64,000 nt of DNA, taken from the IMG/VR virus record IMGVR_UViG_3300042302_000394, positions 143,814 through 207,813 of that record; one strand, 5' to 3'. The translations under genes were made by a program, and so were the position numbers. Below, one piece after another: positions 29,830 to 40,329 of this stretch. Below the pieces are notes generated by a model. It ran no database searches and had not been told where the DNA came from. It was given only the letters and a program-made list of their open reading frames with translations. Positions within the stretch are counted from its first letter, which is position 1, and every line of letters starts with the position of its first letter.

Positions 29830-31542
29830 TTAAGTAATTTCTTGCCAGCCAATTTGTGCCAGCACGTCTGCGTTGTTTGATGTTGCTGCCATAGTTAGTG
29901 TCACAATATCGCTGACTCCTGCCAATGTTCTGCCTAACTGAAACGCAAACGCATCTGCTCCTAGTTCCGATAGTTCTCTACTGCTGACATAACCAGTTTG
30001 TAGTTCTATACCGCCCGAAACTCCTGTGGCGGCCGTGTCATATTCAACAGTTCCTGAAGTACTGGTTCCTGCCCAAGTAGCACCAGTTAGGGTAGGGTTT
30101 AGCACCAATCTCCAACGATAGTAATTCACTGTGGGACTCAGCACATCCACTTGTCTGGGCAACACAATAGCATCTAATCTTGTGCTGGCCAATCTAATGC
30201 TGACCAACGGATAGTATGTTCCGGCATTGACCAATCTCAACACACTGGTGCCACGTCCTGCTGATTCGCTGTAGGTAAATGCGTTGTAGCCACCTTCGCT
30301 GATTACAGTGGAGCATATCTGTCTCATCATACTGGATGAAGCAGTGGCTCCAGTATTGGTTATTTCATAACGCACTGGCAGTACAGCCGTGGTCATATAA
30401 GTGGTGGTATTATTCACAACATTGGCATGATGGAATGTGTGGCAAAGCACATAAGCACCGTTGACAACAAATCCACAGCGAACACTTCCCACGCCCAACC
30501 ACTCAATGTCTGTCCAAAATATCTGTGTCCTGTCTACATTTAATGCGGCGAATGGATTGTCCCAAGCGTCTTGTCTTATCCTATCTTCAACCAACGCACC
30601 TGTACTATAACTTCTTATTACCAAATAGTTATATGCGCCATCATTTTCAAAATAGACTCCGTTGTTGGTGGTAAAATATCCCACACGCTGACGCAGGTTG
30701 GCCTTGGGAGTGTTCATGGCAAAAGTGGCCAACACCAGCAGACTCTTGCCTGGCTGATAAGGAAAAACTCTTTTGGTTTCTCGTATGACACTGGATCCAT
30801 TACTTGTGCTCACTGCCAGTCTAAATGTAGAACTGTCTGTTTCGTAGACCACTGTGCCGCCAGTGCTGGTGCTACTGCTAAAATCATTGTGGTCGTAATA
30901 TCTTGCTCTACTGTCAAACAGTGTATAAGGCTCACTGACTCGCAGTCTACCAAACGCATCAGTAGATCCTGTGCCCAATGTAAATGTGTTAGTGCCAGTT
31001 AGTGTGGCAGTTACCGTACCACTGACGGGTATAGGATTACCTGAATCGTTTTTAATCTCTACTTCCGGAAGGCTTGAGATAGCAACTGTGCCAGTTATAG
31101 TCCACGGTATTGTACCTTGGTATACTGTGGAGGTGGTTGGAAAGTTAGTTACAGCAAAACTGGTGTTGCTGATTGTCAGTGTATTGCTTACAAATACAGT
31201 TGAAGTAAAATTACTTACTGTGACTGTTCCTGTGATAGCAGGTAGAGAAGAAATATTTACAGTTGATGTAAAATTGCTGACTACAACTTGTCCGTTGGTT
31301 CCTATGCTAACTGTCCAGGTGCCTTCTTGACGAACACTAATGCTTTCTAATGCAGCCAGTGTTGATGTACTTAAACTTACAGTGTCAACAATAACATCAC
31401 CTTCAAGATTGATACCATCAACATGTACACGAGCCACGGGTTGCCCCTGGCTGTTGTACTGCATAGTCTTATGAATATTTAGAAGATTGCTCTCCTGTGG
31501 ATGTTCATAGGCTGTGCTGTTCTGATAGCGATCAACCGCCAT
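29830..31542 (-). CDS. Virion structural protein
   Basis: S/T-rich VSNF repeats then a DAFGRLRVSEPYTLFD...YQPGKS...EWLGVG domain typical of phage virion proteins. Confidence 0.7.
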   Translation of the reverse strand: MAVDRYQNSTAYEHPQESNLLNIHKTMQYNSQGQPVARVHVDGINLEGDVIVDTVSLSTSTLAALESISVRQEGTWTVSIGTNGQVVVSNFTSTVNISSLPAITGTVTVSNFTSTVFVSNTLTISNTSFAVTNFPTTSTVYQGTIPWTITGTVAISSLPEVEIKNDSGNPIPVSGTVTATLTGTNTFTLGTGSTDAFGRLRVSEPYTLFDSRARYYDHNDFSSSTSTGGTVVYETDSSTFRLAVSTSNGSSVIRETKRVFPYQPGKSLLVLATFAMNTPKANLRQRVGYFTTNNGVYFENDGAYNYLVIRSYSTGALVEDRIRQDAWDNPFAALNVDRTQIFWTDIEWLGVGSVRCGFVVNGAYVLCHTFHHANVVNNTTTYMTTAVLPVRYEITNTGATASSSMMRQICSTVISEGGYNAFTYSESAGRGTSVLRLVNAGTYYPLVSIRLASTRLDAIVLPRQVDVLSPTVNYYRWRLVLNPTLTGATWAGTSTSGTVEYDTAATGVSGGIELQTGYVSSRELSELGADAFAFQLGRTLAGVSDIVTLTMAATSNNADVLAQIGWQEIT

Positions 31543-31544
31543 AA

Positions 31545-31835
31545 TTAATCAGCGTCGATAAGTGTAACGTAACCTAAACCCGTTGGACTGATAAACGCAA
31601 CGTGCGTTCCTGTAGTAACATTAAAATCCATCATAGAGTTTGCAGGAACTACACAGCTGGCAGTCGTTGCAGCAACAGTTCCTGTACCGAATGACATGAA
31701 CTGGCTAGTACCGTTGGTTACTACAGTAATACGTCTTGCGGTAATTGCTGTATTAACACTGGCTGCACCTGTTTGCAGTGTGGTGAATTTTGGAGTGGCG
31801 CTATTGCTAGCATAAAGGGTGTGATATCTACTCAT
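31545..31835 (-). CDS. Small beta-rich virion protein
   Basis: 96-aa ORF in the late operon. Confidence 0.65.
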   Translation of the reverse strand: MSRYHTLYASNSATPKFTTLQTGAASVNTAITARRITVVTNGTSQFMSFGTGTVAATTASCVVPANSMMDFNVTTGTHVAFISPTGLGYVTLIDAD

Positions 31836-31837
31836 TG

Positions 31838-32140
31838 TTATTCCTTGGTTTGAAAGTTTGGATACATGCTTACGCTGTCTGATCTAATGTCACTAGGGTT
31901 TTTAGGACCGTTTAGTCCGCCTAGCCCTGCGGCTGTGGTCACGCTGTCAATGCCTTGTACATGCACGTCTGGACTGTTGTCATACATGCCAGCAGATTTA
32001 ACTTCTACAGGTTCTGCTGATAATTGTGCAAACAGTTGTGCAAAGGCACCACCGATCGGATCTTGCTGTGTAGATTGTTGGGCGCACTCAACTTGATCAA
32101 TAAGATCCAGTACGCCACGAATAATTTCAGTTGCTCTCAT
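31838..32140 (-). CDS. Hypothetical protein, putative capsid-internal protein
   Basis: Starts MRATEII; TAAATA-6nt-ATG. Confidence 0.7.
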   Translation of the reverse strand: MRATEIIRGVLDLIDQVECAQQSTQQDPIGGAFAQLFAQLSAEPVEVKSAGMYDNSPDVHVQGIDSVTTAAGLGGLNGPKNPSDIRSDSVSMYPNFQTKE

Positions 32141-32170
32141 AATGTGTATTTACTCGTAAGTTAACACTGA

Positions 32171-34870
32171 TTAGACTATGTTGATAACATTACCCATTAC
32201 GCCATGGATAGTGCATTGATAATACAGTGTAGATGGTGCATTCATTGGCACAGTAAATGTCTGTGTGCCTGCTTGACTGCCTGAAACGCCGTCAGTATAA
32301 GCTGCGCCGCCGTCACTTACTCTAATAGCAAAGGGATGACTGCCACCCGTAGTGTTGATAAAAGTATAGGTAAATCCTCTGTATAGATATAGCACAGGAT
32401 CATTAGTGTTGCCTGCAACTACACCGGGTCCGCTGAATACGTAATCACTAGTTCCAGTAGATGATACTGACCACGTAATAGAAGCACTAGGGCCAGTTGG
32501 CCCTGTATCGCCTTGTGGTCCTTGTGGTCCAGTTACTCCTTGTGGACCAGTTGGACCTACGTTTCCTTGAACGCCTTGTGAACCACTTGGCCCAGTTGGC
32601 CCTGATGGTCCAATAAATCCTATGCCGTTTGCTCCACTAGGTCCTGATGGCCCGGTTGGCCCGGTGGGTCCTGTGGCCCCGTCGACTCCTGTGGGTCCCG
32701 ATGGCCCAGTAGGACCCGAAGGTCCTGCTACTGCGCTTGCCGGTCCTGCTGGTCCAGTGGCGCCTGATGGGCCAGTAGGTCCTGTATCACCAGATGGTCC
32801 TTGTGGACCAGTTGGGCCTGCACCTGTAGGTCCTGTATCGCCTGGAATTCCTTGAGCACCTGATGGTCCAGTTGGACCAGTTGGACCTACAGCTCCTTGA
32901 ACACCCTGTGGGCCAGTTGGACCCACGTCTCCTTGAACGCCTTGTGGACCTTGCGGGCCACCGGATGGGCCAGTTGGACCCACGTCTCCTTGAACGCCTT
33001 GTGGACCAGCAGGGCCAGTTGCACCAGTAGGCCCCTGTGGACCTACGTCTCCTTGAACGCCTTGTGGACCTTGCGGGCCACCGGATGGGCCAGTTGGACC
33101 CACGTCTCCTTGAACGCCTTGTGGACCAGCAGGGCCAGTTGCACCTACCGATCCTTGACCACCGGCAGGGCCAGTTGGACCCACGTCTCCTTGAACGCCT
33201 TGTGGACCAGCAGGACCAGTTGGACCTACAGCTCCTTGACCACCAGCAGGTCCTTGTGGGCCAGTTAGTCCTTGTGATCCGGTACTTGCAACTACAATAC
33301 CATTTACACTTATATCACCTTCGAGTGTAACTTGCAAAGGAATACCGCCAAAATATACGGTGCTAGTCCCAACATACAAACTACGCCATTGTTTATCAGC
33401 ACTACCTAAATCAAATCTTATATCATCTGTTGGAATTAAACTGTTTTGCACTTGTAAGTCTGTACCTGTTGCCAGTGACCCTATCTTTGTAAACTTAAAT
33501 GTTCCTGTTGATGAAAGCTCCGATGAAACTATGCTAGTAGTAGTAGTTCCGGAGTTAGTAAAAAACATAAACTTGGCAGTGGGGAAAGTCCCTGTGTTTT
33601 CAACTCGAACGTGTATTCTTGCGGGAGCCATGAATTGTGTTGGAGTTCGAGTTGAAAACACAAGCTCTGCAATATTATCATTTTCTAACAAAGGTGTTGG
33701 TGCAGTTGCTGTTCCTCTAGTTCTAACCCATCTAAAATCTAATGCATCTGGTTGATCAAAGTGTTGTGAAAATGACCAACCTGCGGCACCTGGTATAAAA
33801 AGTTCTCTAGACCAAGCAACACTTGTACCAGTATTAGAGGTAGCACCACCAATAAAAATTACCTGACTATCGAAATTGTAAGACATTGCTAAACTAGGAG
33901 AAATTTCTGTATTATTAGTTGTTCCGTAGAGTGCAAATCTTCCAAATTGACCAGGATTTACTCTTCCTTGTCTAATACCATCTATACTAATTCCGGTTGT
34001 TGGATCTACAGATACTTGGTAATTGTCAAAGTACATGGATGTAGATGCTACATGTATCGTTCCACTGTTTAGGTATAGATTGCCTTGTCCAGTTAGTTCT
34101 AACTTTTTAACCCAGGTAGTTTCCTGTCCGGTGGTAGGGACTGTATAGGTTTCAAATGAATTGTCAGCAACACCGATACCGAATAATGTCTGTGAATCAC
34201 CCGGTCCCGTATCCCCTAGAAATAAAACTTGATTTATGTTTGCATCTTCATTTACTAAAACTGTTGATTGCTCGTATGCCGAGGCGAATCCGTATGCTCG
34301 ATATTCACCTCCGGTAAATGGAGTTGATTCTAAGTGACGTATTCTACTATAATTGTCACTATCATAACCTCCAACAACAATAGCTTGACGAATGGTAAGT
34401 GTGTTAACATAGACGGTATTCCATCTACGTAGGTCAGATCCTAAGTTAAATTGGTTACTAGCATTGGGTAATACATTACCGGAAGTTACTAAGTTTCCAA
34501 AGCTATTTAGACTAGTAACAAAAGATCCGTTAACCAGAGACGACGTGGTTGAAAATCCGCCCCCGGTACCGGCAGGGCCAGTTGGGCCAGTCTCACCTTG
34601 TGGCCCAGCAGGGCCGGTAGGACCGGCAGCTACAGTAAATTGAACAATATTTAATGCATCATTATATACAGCAGTCATGCCACTATGACTACTATGAACT
34701 AATAGCGTAGCACCAGCGTCTGCTACTGCTTCTGTAAAATCAGTACCAGTTGTTCCTAGCAGTGTGGCAATTTCTGTAAAATTTTGATTTACTTTGATAA
34801 ATGCAGATCGTATGCTGTCACCGTCGCCTGAGTTTGCATTAGAACCTGTATTGATAACTTGAATGGTCAT
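32171..34870 (-). CDS. Tail fibre: baseplate-attachment N-terminus, GPT/GPQ collagen tract, C-terminal cupredoxin-like domain
   Basis: [26 protein letters not shown] (T4 gp9/gp10-like); long G-P-T/G-P-Q/G-P-S tract; HPF...[10 protein letters not shown]. Confidence 0.85.
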   Translation of the reverse strand: MTIQVINTGSNANSGDGDSIRSAFIKVNQNFTEIATLLGTTGTDFTEAVADAGATLLVHSSHSGMTAVYNDALNIVQFTVAAGPTGPAGPQGETGPTGPAGTGGGFSTTSSLVNGSFVTSLNSFGNLVTSGNVLPNASNQFNLGSDLRRWNTVYVNTLTIRQAIVVGGYDSDNYSRIRHLESTPFTGGEYRAYGFASAYEQSTVLVNEDANINQVLFLGDTGPGDSQTLFGIGVADNSFETYTVPTTGQETTWVKKLELTGQGNLYLNSGTIHVASTSMYFDNYQVSVDPTTGISIDGIRQGRVNPGQFGRFALYGTTNNTEISPSLAMSYNFDSQVIFIGGATSNTGTSVAWSRELFIPGAAGWSFSQHFDQPDALDFRWVRTRGTATAPTPLLENDNIAELVFSTRTPTQFMAPARIHVRVENTGTFPTAKFMFFTNSGTTTTSIVSSELSSTGTFKFTKIGSLATGTDLQVQNSLIPTDDIRFDLGSADKQWRSLYVGTSTVYFGGIPLQVTLEGDISVNGIVVASTGSQGLTGPQGPAGGQGAVGPTGPAGPQGVQGDVGPTGPAGGQGSVGATGPAGPQGVQGDVGPTGPSGGPQGPQGVQGDVGPQGPTGATGPAGPQGVQGDVGPTGPSGGPQGPQGVQGDVGPTGPQGVQGAVGPTGPTGPSGAQGIPGDTGPTGAGPTGPQGPSGDTGPTGPSGATGPAGPASAVAGPSGPTGPSGPTGVDGATGPTGPTGPSGPSGANGIGFIGPSGPTGPSGSQGVQGNVGPTGPQGVTGPQGPQGDTGPTGPSASITWSVSSTGTSDYVFSGPGVVAGNTNDPVLYLYRGFTYTFINTTGGSHPFAIRVSDGGAAYTDGVSGSQAGTQTFTVPMNAPSTLYYQCTIHGVMGNVINIV

Positions 34871-34872
34871 TT

Positions 34873-35160
34873 TTATAATCCTGCTAGTTTTCTAATTGAC
34901 TCTAACTGATCCGGTTTCTCTAGAATCTTGTCATAATCTTGCATAGTGAGTACACCCTTGTTCTTAATAGCCAAAATGTTAGTGATAACAAAGTGCAGGT
35001 CTGCATCCGATTTTACGTCCTCGCGGGCTAGTTCTAAAATTCGAGTAAGTAATGGAATATCCAATGTTACTGTATCAACAGCATCTGCGGACTCCTTTAC
35101 TGTAATATTTGGTTTGGCAGGGTTTACAATGCCGGAATGTATAAAAGTTGAGTGACTCAT
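34873..35160 (-). CDS. Hypothetical head-associated protein
   Basis: C-terminal [10 protein letters not shown] motif; TAAATA-5nt-ATG. Confidence 0.65.
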   Translation of the reverse strand: MSHSTFIHSGIVNPAKPNITVKESADAVDTVTLDIPLLTRILELAREDVKSDADLHFVITNILAIKNKGVLTMQDYDKILEKPDQLESIRKLAGL

Positions 35161-35236
35161 ATGACTATTTAGTTGCTCTTTATGGTAAATGACTGTATAA
35201 TAAATACTGGGTCACAACAACCTTTGAAAGTAGTAA

Positions 35237-35749
35237 ATGAGTTCGACATTATTGTTAAATGCAGACGGAGCCCCGATTTCTTGGCTACCGTTGAGCACAA
35301 TTTCCTGGGAAGAATCTATTAAGTTCATAGTGCTTGAAAAAGCCACTGTGTTAGATGTCTACGATAATTGGGTCGTGCATAGTGCAAACTGGGAAACACA
35401 GGTTCCTGCCGTTATGATTCTTCGCGAGTACGAAAAGCGCAAGACTGCAATTCGTTATTCCAAACATAATGTGTTCCTTCGTGATGGCTATACATGCCAG
35501 TACTGTGGGGATGATGTAAGCCGTAAAACAGCCACGTTAGACCACGTGCTGCCAGTTAGTCACGGTGGTAAGACTACCTTTGAAAACACTGTCTGCGCCT
35601 GCGCGAGCTGTAATGCAAACAAGGGTAACGACAAGAAGATTGTGCCAAAGCACAAGCCAGTTAAGCCCACCTACTATCAATTAGTAGACAAGCGTAGACA
35701 GCAAAAGTGGGATATACCACACCCATCGTGGGCCAACTACTTAGGATAA
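35237..35749 (+). CDS. HNH endonuclease (McrA-like)
   Basis: RDGYTCQYCG...TLDHVLP.SHGG...EN.V.AC..CN..K; upstream TTGCTC-17-TATAAT (35173-35201). Confidence 0.92.
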   Translation: MSSTLLLNADGAPISWLPLSTISWEESIKFIVLEKATVLDVYDNWVVHSANWETQVPAVMILREYEKRKTAIRYSKHNVFLRDGYTCQYCGDDVSRKTATLDHVLPVSHGGKTTFENTVCACASCNANKGNDKKIVPKHKPVKPTYYQLVDKRRQQKWDIPHPSWANYLG

Positions 35750-35752
35750 AAG

Positions 35753-35777
35753 AAAAGCACCGTAAGGTGCTTTTTTT
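35753..35777. terminator. Bidirectional terminator
   Basis: AAAAGCACC-GTAA-GGTGCTTTTTTT between convergent genes. Confidence 0.9.
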
Positions 35778-35789
35778 ATGACCCAAATT

Positions 35790-36008
35790 TTATTTTGAAC
35801 GATATACTATACGACATTTAGTTAAGTCGTATGGGCTCATTTCTACCCTAACTCTATCCCCTAACAGTATTTGAATTCTGTTCTGTCGCATCTTGCCCGA
35901 GATGAATCCCAGAACTGCGGAACCTTGTTCCAACCTTACCCGAAACATTGCGTTGGGTAGTACTTCTTCGATCCTGCCCTCAAGGCTGATCATATCTTCT
36001 TTAGCCAC
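35790..36008 (-). CDS. infA: Translation initiation factor IF-1
   Basis: [19 protein letters not shown]...[28 protein letters not shown]; 72 aa. Confidence 0.97.
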   Translation of the reverse strand: MAKEDMISLEGRIEEVLPNAMFRVRLEQGSAVLGFISGKMRQNRIQILLGDRVRVEMSPYDLTKCRIVYRSK

Positions 36009-36010
36009 GA

Positions 36011-36253
36011 TTAAACACTTTCTCCTTTAAGTCCTTTAATGACCATTTCTTTAGCTCTCCTATCTAAATCAGCTACTTCAGCTTTGTGTATATTTACTGC
36101 CATTTGAATCATAAAGTCCGTTATGGCAATCTTGCCCCGATCAGTAAAATAACAGTATTCTGGACCTACGGCACTGCGGTGGTAGAATCGATCGTCCCTG
36201 GCCAACTCGCAGAAGCCTCCGAACATTAAATTTTTAACAGCTTCTTTATCCAT
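36011..36253 (-). CDS. Hypothetical protein
   Basis: ATG 36253 ([13 protein letters not shown]) lies immediately after the ligase stop. Confidence 0.7.
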   Translation of the reverse strand: MDKEAVKNLMFGGFCELARDDRFYHRSAVGPEYCYFTDRGKIAITDFMIQMAVNIHKAEVADLDRRAKEMVIKGLKGESV

Positions 36254-36254
36254 A

Positions 36255-37547
36255 TTATAGTTTCTCACCTGCTTTAAAACCTCGGAATCGAAGAGCCCGT
36301 GGAAATCGGAGGCTGTATACGTCTTCACTATCTTGGCTCCGAGTAATTGCATCTGCTCGCACTTCCAAGACTTGACCAATAACCTCATCGTCAACTTCGG
36401 CTCTCTGATCATCTGTCCAGCCAGAGCCAACATTAACACGGATGAACTTGCCATCCTCTTCGCCTTCGCAGATAACTGCGCCCATTTTGCCTTCATTTTT
36501 ACCTGTTCCTGGCTCGATGCCCACAATGGTTAAACTTACTTCGATAAATGGCTTTTGTTTGAGCCACGCCACATGACGCTTACAGACATAAGGTGCATCA
36601 ATGTCTTTGATCATAATGCCTTCAAACCCTGCATCAATGGCATCTTTGTTATATTGTTTAAATTGCATTTCACCAACTGCTGTGTCTAGATCCACTTCAA
36701 GTTGAGGAATAATATCAATGTTCCCAATCTTATCCAGTACAGACTGCATACTGCGTAGGAGATTACTACGACGGCGTTGTCCCAGAATGCTTTTACCTTT
36801 TCGGAATTCACTAAGTGGAAGAACATCAAAGGCCATCAGTCGTGCATCGCTGGCATCTGCATCGCTTTTACGATGTACCTGTTTCATTAGTGCTTGGAAG
36901 CTAGAGCTAACCACTTCACCGTCAATGACAATACTGCGATCAAACAGTTCGATGTTATCTTCAATGCCTTTGGTAATGTGTCCAAAGTTTTCTAAAATTT
37001 TGCCATTGCGGCTGTAGACAGTTGCAGTCTTAGCATCGGCATCAACAATCAACACAGCACGAACACCGTCCAGTTTAGGCTCAAGCAGTTTCTTACCTGC
37101 GACTTTGCTTTCGTGGTTGGCGCCGTCGTGAGCCAACATGCACTCGAACAATGGTACAGCGTCTTTCTTAATCTTATTGATAGTCTTTTCACTAACACCG
37201 CAACGGAGATCCTTGATTAGGATACGACGATACCAATCATTCCATTGCTTCTGTGTGCTTGCACTCAATGCCAATTCGATTGCATCACGTGCGGCATCGC
37301 CTGTTAGTTGTCGAGTGCGTAGAAGTTCGCACAGTTCTTTAAATGCAACCCAAGGCAGACCCTGTCCGCTACCACCTGTGCTGGTAGGTACTTTCTTTAC
37401 ACCAAATGTAATAAATGGACTTAGAGCCAGTTGAAAGCCTTCAAACAACTCTACGTTGTCGATTTCTGCTTCTAGGATTGCTTCTTTGTTTAGTCGGCTG
37501 GAGTGTTCTTCCAGACTGCGGATTACTGCATCGCAAGGAGTTGTCAT
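36255..37547 (-). CDS. ATP-dependent DNA ligase
   Basis: Motif I EPKLDGVR, IDGEV, EGIMIK, WLKQKP, SLRFPR. Confidence 0.95.
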   Translation of the reverse strand: MTTPCDAVIRSLEEHSSRLNKEAILEAEIDNVELFEGFQLALSPFITFGVKKVPTSTGGSGQGLPWVAFKELCELLRTRQLTGDAARDAIELALSASTQKQWNDWYRRILIKDLRCGVSEKTINKIKKDAVPLFECMLAHDGANHESKVAGKKLLEPKLDGVRAVLIVDADAKTATVYSRNGKILENFGHITKGIEDNIELFDRSIVIDGEVVSSSFQALMKQVHRKSDADASDARLMAFDVLPLSEFRKGKSILGQRRRSNLLRSMQSVLDKIGNIDIIPQLEVDLDTAVGEMQFKQYNKDAIDAGFEGIMIKDIDAPYVCKRHVAWLKQKPFIEVSLTIVGIEPGTGKNEGKMGAVICEGEEDGKFIRVNVGSGWTDDQRAEVDDEVIGQVLEVRADAITRSQDSEDVYSLRFPRALRFRGFKAGEKL

Positions 37548-37578
37548 GTGTGTTTCATTAGTGTGTTACGATAAGACA

Positions 37579-37607
37579 ATTATACAACATTTTTGGAACA
37601 GTGTCAA
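37579..37607 (-). promoter_or_regulatory. Consensus sigma70 promoter for the ligase-infA operon
   Basis: TTGACA-17nt-TATAAT on the minus strand. Confidence 0.85.
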
Positions 37608-37625
37608 TGGACATTTTACCAAAAT

Positions 37626-37949
37626 TTAAATGGAGAAGCTACTGCCGCAGCCGCAAGTGGATTGAGCGTTTGGATTTTTTATTGAAAAGCTAGATCCGGA
37701 AAGATCTTCTTTGTAATCAATTTCGGCACCTTGTAGATACTGCATACTCATAGCATCTACTACGACTTTAAATTCACCAATTGGAAATTGGAAATCATCT
37801 TCGTTAAATTCTTCATCAAAGGTAAATCCGTAACTAAATCCAGAACAGCCGCCACCTTGTACAAAGGTTCTTAAGGCAAGTTTTGGATTATTTTCCTCCA
37901 TTAGGAGGTCTGTAATCTTTGTCTTAGCATTTGATGTTATGTTGATCAT
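37626..37949 (-). CDS. erpA: A-type Fe-S cluster carrier (ErpA/IscA, HesB family)
   Basis: [20 protein letters not shown]...VD..S..YL.G..IDY...[12 protein letters not shown]; start moved to ATG 37949. Confidence 0.9.
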   Translation of the reverse strand: MINITSNAKTKITDLLMEENNPKLALRTFVQGGGCSGFSYGFTFDEEFNEDDFQFPIGEFKVVVDAMSMQYLQGAEIDYKEDLSGSSFSIKNPNAQSTCGCGSSFSI

Positions 37950-37989
37950 ACTACTATTTACACTATAAATATCCAAGCAGGAGAAAAAC

Positions 37990-38154
37990 ATGGAACAATA
38001 CATGGATGACTTTCAAAACTACAAACGATTTACAGCTAAATGCAAATGCGGATGTCCTGCACACTGCAATCATAGTTGTACTGAATGCGAATACTGCCCG
38101 GACTGCGAATGTCCAGAGTGCATAGAATTAGATAATAGCAGAGGGTACAATTAA
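37990..38154 (+). CDS. Metallothionein-like Cys-rich peptide, 54 aa (absent from the ORF track)
   Basis: TATAAATA (37964-37971), [62 protein letters not shown]; stop overlaps the next ATG. Confidence 0.8.
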   Translation: MEQYMDDFQNYKRFTAKCKCGCPAHCNHSCTECEYCPDCECPECIELDNSRGYN

Positions 38155-38507
38155 TGGCATACTGGTCTAGAGATGATACTAAAGAATGGATCATACAGTT
38201 AGAGCATCGTATTGACGACATCGACTACTATTTGAATAAAACTTTAGAATGGTGCGAAGAATACGGTATAGAAAATCAACGTGTGATTTTTATGTGCAGT
38301 TTCTTAACCTGTATTTGGGTTAGCCAGGTTCGGGGAGAGACTATAACGTTTACAGAACTAATGGAAATGTTAGGCGTTTCGGAATGGGAAACTAATTTTA
38401 ATAACGAAGAAAAAATATATGAACTCGACAAGTGTTTCGCCGAGTTAGATCATCACGAGTTGTTAGAAACGGCCGTGCTGAAACTCAATCAGAATGACGA
38501 GTGGTAA
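38154..38507 (+). CDS. Acidic hypothetical protein
   Basis: 117 aa, TAATG coupling to the Cys-rich peptide. Confidence 0.75.
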   Translation: MAYWSRDDTKEWIIQLEHRIDDIDYYLNKTLEWCEEYGIENQRVIFMCSFLTCIWVSQVRGETITFTELMEMLGVSEWETNFNNEEKIYELDKCFAELDHHELLETAVLKLNQNDEW

Positions 38508-38759
38508 TCATTTACTGTCGTAGTCTTTAACAGGGCCGCCGTGTAATTCACTCTTAGACTTTTTGCCTTTGAGTCTTACACCGCTGCCTGCCTTGCCCTG
38601 TGTACCCGTACCGTCAGTATGATTGCTATCATGTTTAAGCATGCCGCGGCTCACGCATTGTGAATAGCGCACATTACTCAATCTAGAACGCCCAATAGAG
38701 CATTGGCTAGCAGTAGGTGCGGCTATTTTCTTTTCGGCAAGTAGTTCTGTGATTCGCAT
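38508..38759 (-). CDS. Basic hypothetical protein, putative capsid-internal protein
   Basis: Starts MRITELLAE; TAAATA-5nt-ATG. Confidence 0.7.
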   Translation of the reverse strand: MRITELLAEKKIAAPTASQCSIGRSRLSNVRYSQCVSRGMLKHDSNHTDGTGTQGKAGSGVRLKGKKSKSELHGGPVKDYDSK

Positions 38760-38767
38760 AGATTTAT

Positions 38768-39088
38768 TTATTTGAATAGGATCAAACTCATAATTACTGT
38801 CTGTGCCGCAAAGCCCAAACAGATAGTAGCAATGTACAAGAAGTTACGTTCAATAAGAGCTTTAAAAAACAGCGTGATCAATGCACTCCAAACAAATACC
38901 ATTAAATCTACAGGAGGCAGCTTATCGCTCTGCGCCATCAATACTGCTACAAGAGTAGGAATACTAGACAGATGCAGTAGGATAATTGTAACCCAACCTA
39001 ATGTATGGGCACTTACATGCCCAAGGTGATCTTTAGCAAATTTAACAAGAAATAATACTGCGTCTTTAATTTGATCAATGATAAACAT
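38768..39088 (-). CDS. Small three-TM membrane protein
   Basis: Three hydrophobic segments; directly downstream of the cell-wall hydrolase. Confidence 0.7.
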   Translation of the reverse strand: MFIIDQIKDAVLFLVKFAKDHLGHVSAHTLGWVTIILLHLSSIPTLVAVLMAQSDKLPPVDLMVFVWSALITLFFKALIERNFLYIATICLGFAAQTVIMSLILFK

Positions 39089-39096
39089 ACTTGTCC

Positions 39097-39678
39097 TTAC
39101 TTGTAAAAAATGTGATTGCCGATTTTAGTGATACGTTCTCTCTTCCAGCCTGGATTGATATAATCACCGTGGAAGTACATGGCCTCTTTTAGGCTAGGAA
39201 GGCGAAATCCTTCTAGTAGAACTTTCTTAGCGACTTCTTCGCTTTCTTTAAAAGAAGCCTTGTTCACTGCCCTAGTTGGAACAGTCCTGTCACAGACCCA
39301 ACTAAATTGGCATAGGACCTTTTCATAGACAATGTTCTTTTGATAGATTGTCTTGCAGATATCGCTTGGATACTGCCCGCTTTCAGTTCTGTTTATTGTA
39401 ACTTGTGCAACTGCAACCTTGCCCTCAAACGGCTGATTGCCTGCTTCATAATAGATGTTCTTGGCGAGACAAGCTAATTGTCTTTCGCGAACTTCTGTTG
39501 TAATTTGGGAACTATCTGTTACTTGATAATTAGATTGCTTGTTAGCAATGGCCCATTGTAATAGAGATACAGATCCATAAGCAGCTACAATCATCAACAA
39601 TAATGTGATGATCTTCAACAAAGTCGAAGAAACTTGCACCTGTGTATCTTGATCCCTATCTAGCGTTAACTCAGTCAT
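39097..39678 (-). CDS. Cell wall hydrolase, SleB/CwlJ (Hydrolase_2) family, with N-terminal TM
   Basis: CLAKNIYYEA.NQ...GK.AVAQV..NR...CQFSW.C...YFH..YI.P.W...IGNHIFY. Confidence 0.92.
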   Translation of the reverse strand: MTELTLDRDQDTQVQVSSTLLKIITLLLMIVAAYGSVSLLQWAIANKQSNYQVTDSSQITTEVRERQLACLAKNIYYEAGNQPFEGKVAVAQVTINRTESGQYPSDICKTIYQKNIVYEKVLCQFSWVCDRTVPTRAVNKASFKESEEVAKKVLLEGFRLPSLKEAMYFHGDYINPGWKRERITKIGNHIFYK

Positions 39679-39777
39679 ATAGACCTCCTTTTTCGTTAGT
39701 GGTAAAATAATTATACAACAATGACTATTATACAGTCAAAGTTGGTAAAAAGCAACCGGTTTTGGTAAAATCTAGGA

Positions 39778-40329
39778 TTACTTAATGCCAATAAGCATAA
39801 ATCTTGAGAACTTCCAAGTGGGGTACTCAAAGTCTTTTTGGCCGCGGTACAGTAGGTTACTAACTGGATAAGTCCCGATGAACTCGTCTAAACTACTGCT
39901 GTGTATGTGGTGGTCTTCGTGCGGCATATTGTTGCCTTGAAGTACTACAGTGGTTCCTTTTGGGATACTGTTCCACCAATCCAAACTTTCGAAGTGTTCG
40001 GTGCTTGTATTTATAACCAAATCTGGGCCGTGCCAGTCCAGATCAAGTAGATTACAGTCCTGGGTTTTAGCTTTAAACTTCCAGTTATCTATAACCCAAT
40101 TCTCGTTGATCATGTCCGCCACAGCTTCGCATTTTGGATCAACGTCGTAACTGCGTATCTTTCCAATCTGTATATTGCCTCGACTGTTTAATAGGAACGC
40201 TGTTACTCCATACCATCCGCCGTAGATCCAAATACTATCGACAGAATCAAAAAGTTTTTCTAATTCTTCGCAGAGCCAAATCTTACTTCCTATTTGACCG
40301 CTACTAAATGCATCCTTATTCACTATCAT
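39778..40329 (-). CDS. Class I SAM-dependent methyltransferase-like protein
   Basis: SK.WL...IYGGWYG...SYDVDP...VINTSTEH. Confidence 0.7.
   Translation of the reverse strand: MIVNKDAFSSGQIGSKIWLCEELEKLFDSVDSIWIYGGWYGVTAFLLNSRGNIQIGKIRSYDVDPKCEAVADMINENWVIDNWKFKAKTQDCNLLDLDWHGPDLVINTSTEHFESLDWWNSIPKGTTVVLQGNNMPHEDHHIHSSSLDEFIGTYPVSNLLYRGQKDFEYPTWKFSRFMLIGIK

Noticed and set aside
16746-33330. Many alternative-frame and antisense ORFs over Gly-rich, Ig and collagen repeats
   Set aside because: Shadow ORFs produced by repetitive codon patterns of the real minus-strand genes; no RBS or promoter support.
35237-35749. HNH gene as an intron-encoded or mobile homing element
   Set aside because: It is free-standing with its own promoter and terminator, and no interrupted host gene or intron structure is evident.
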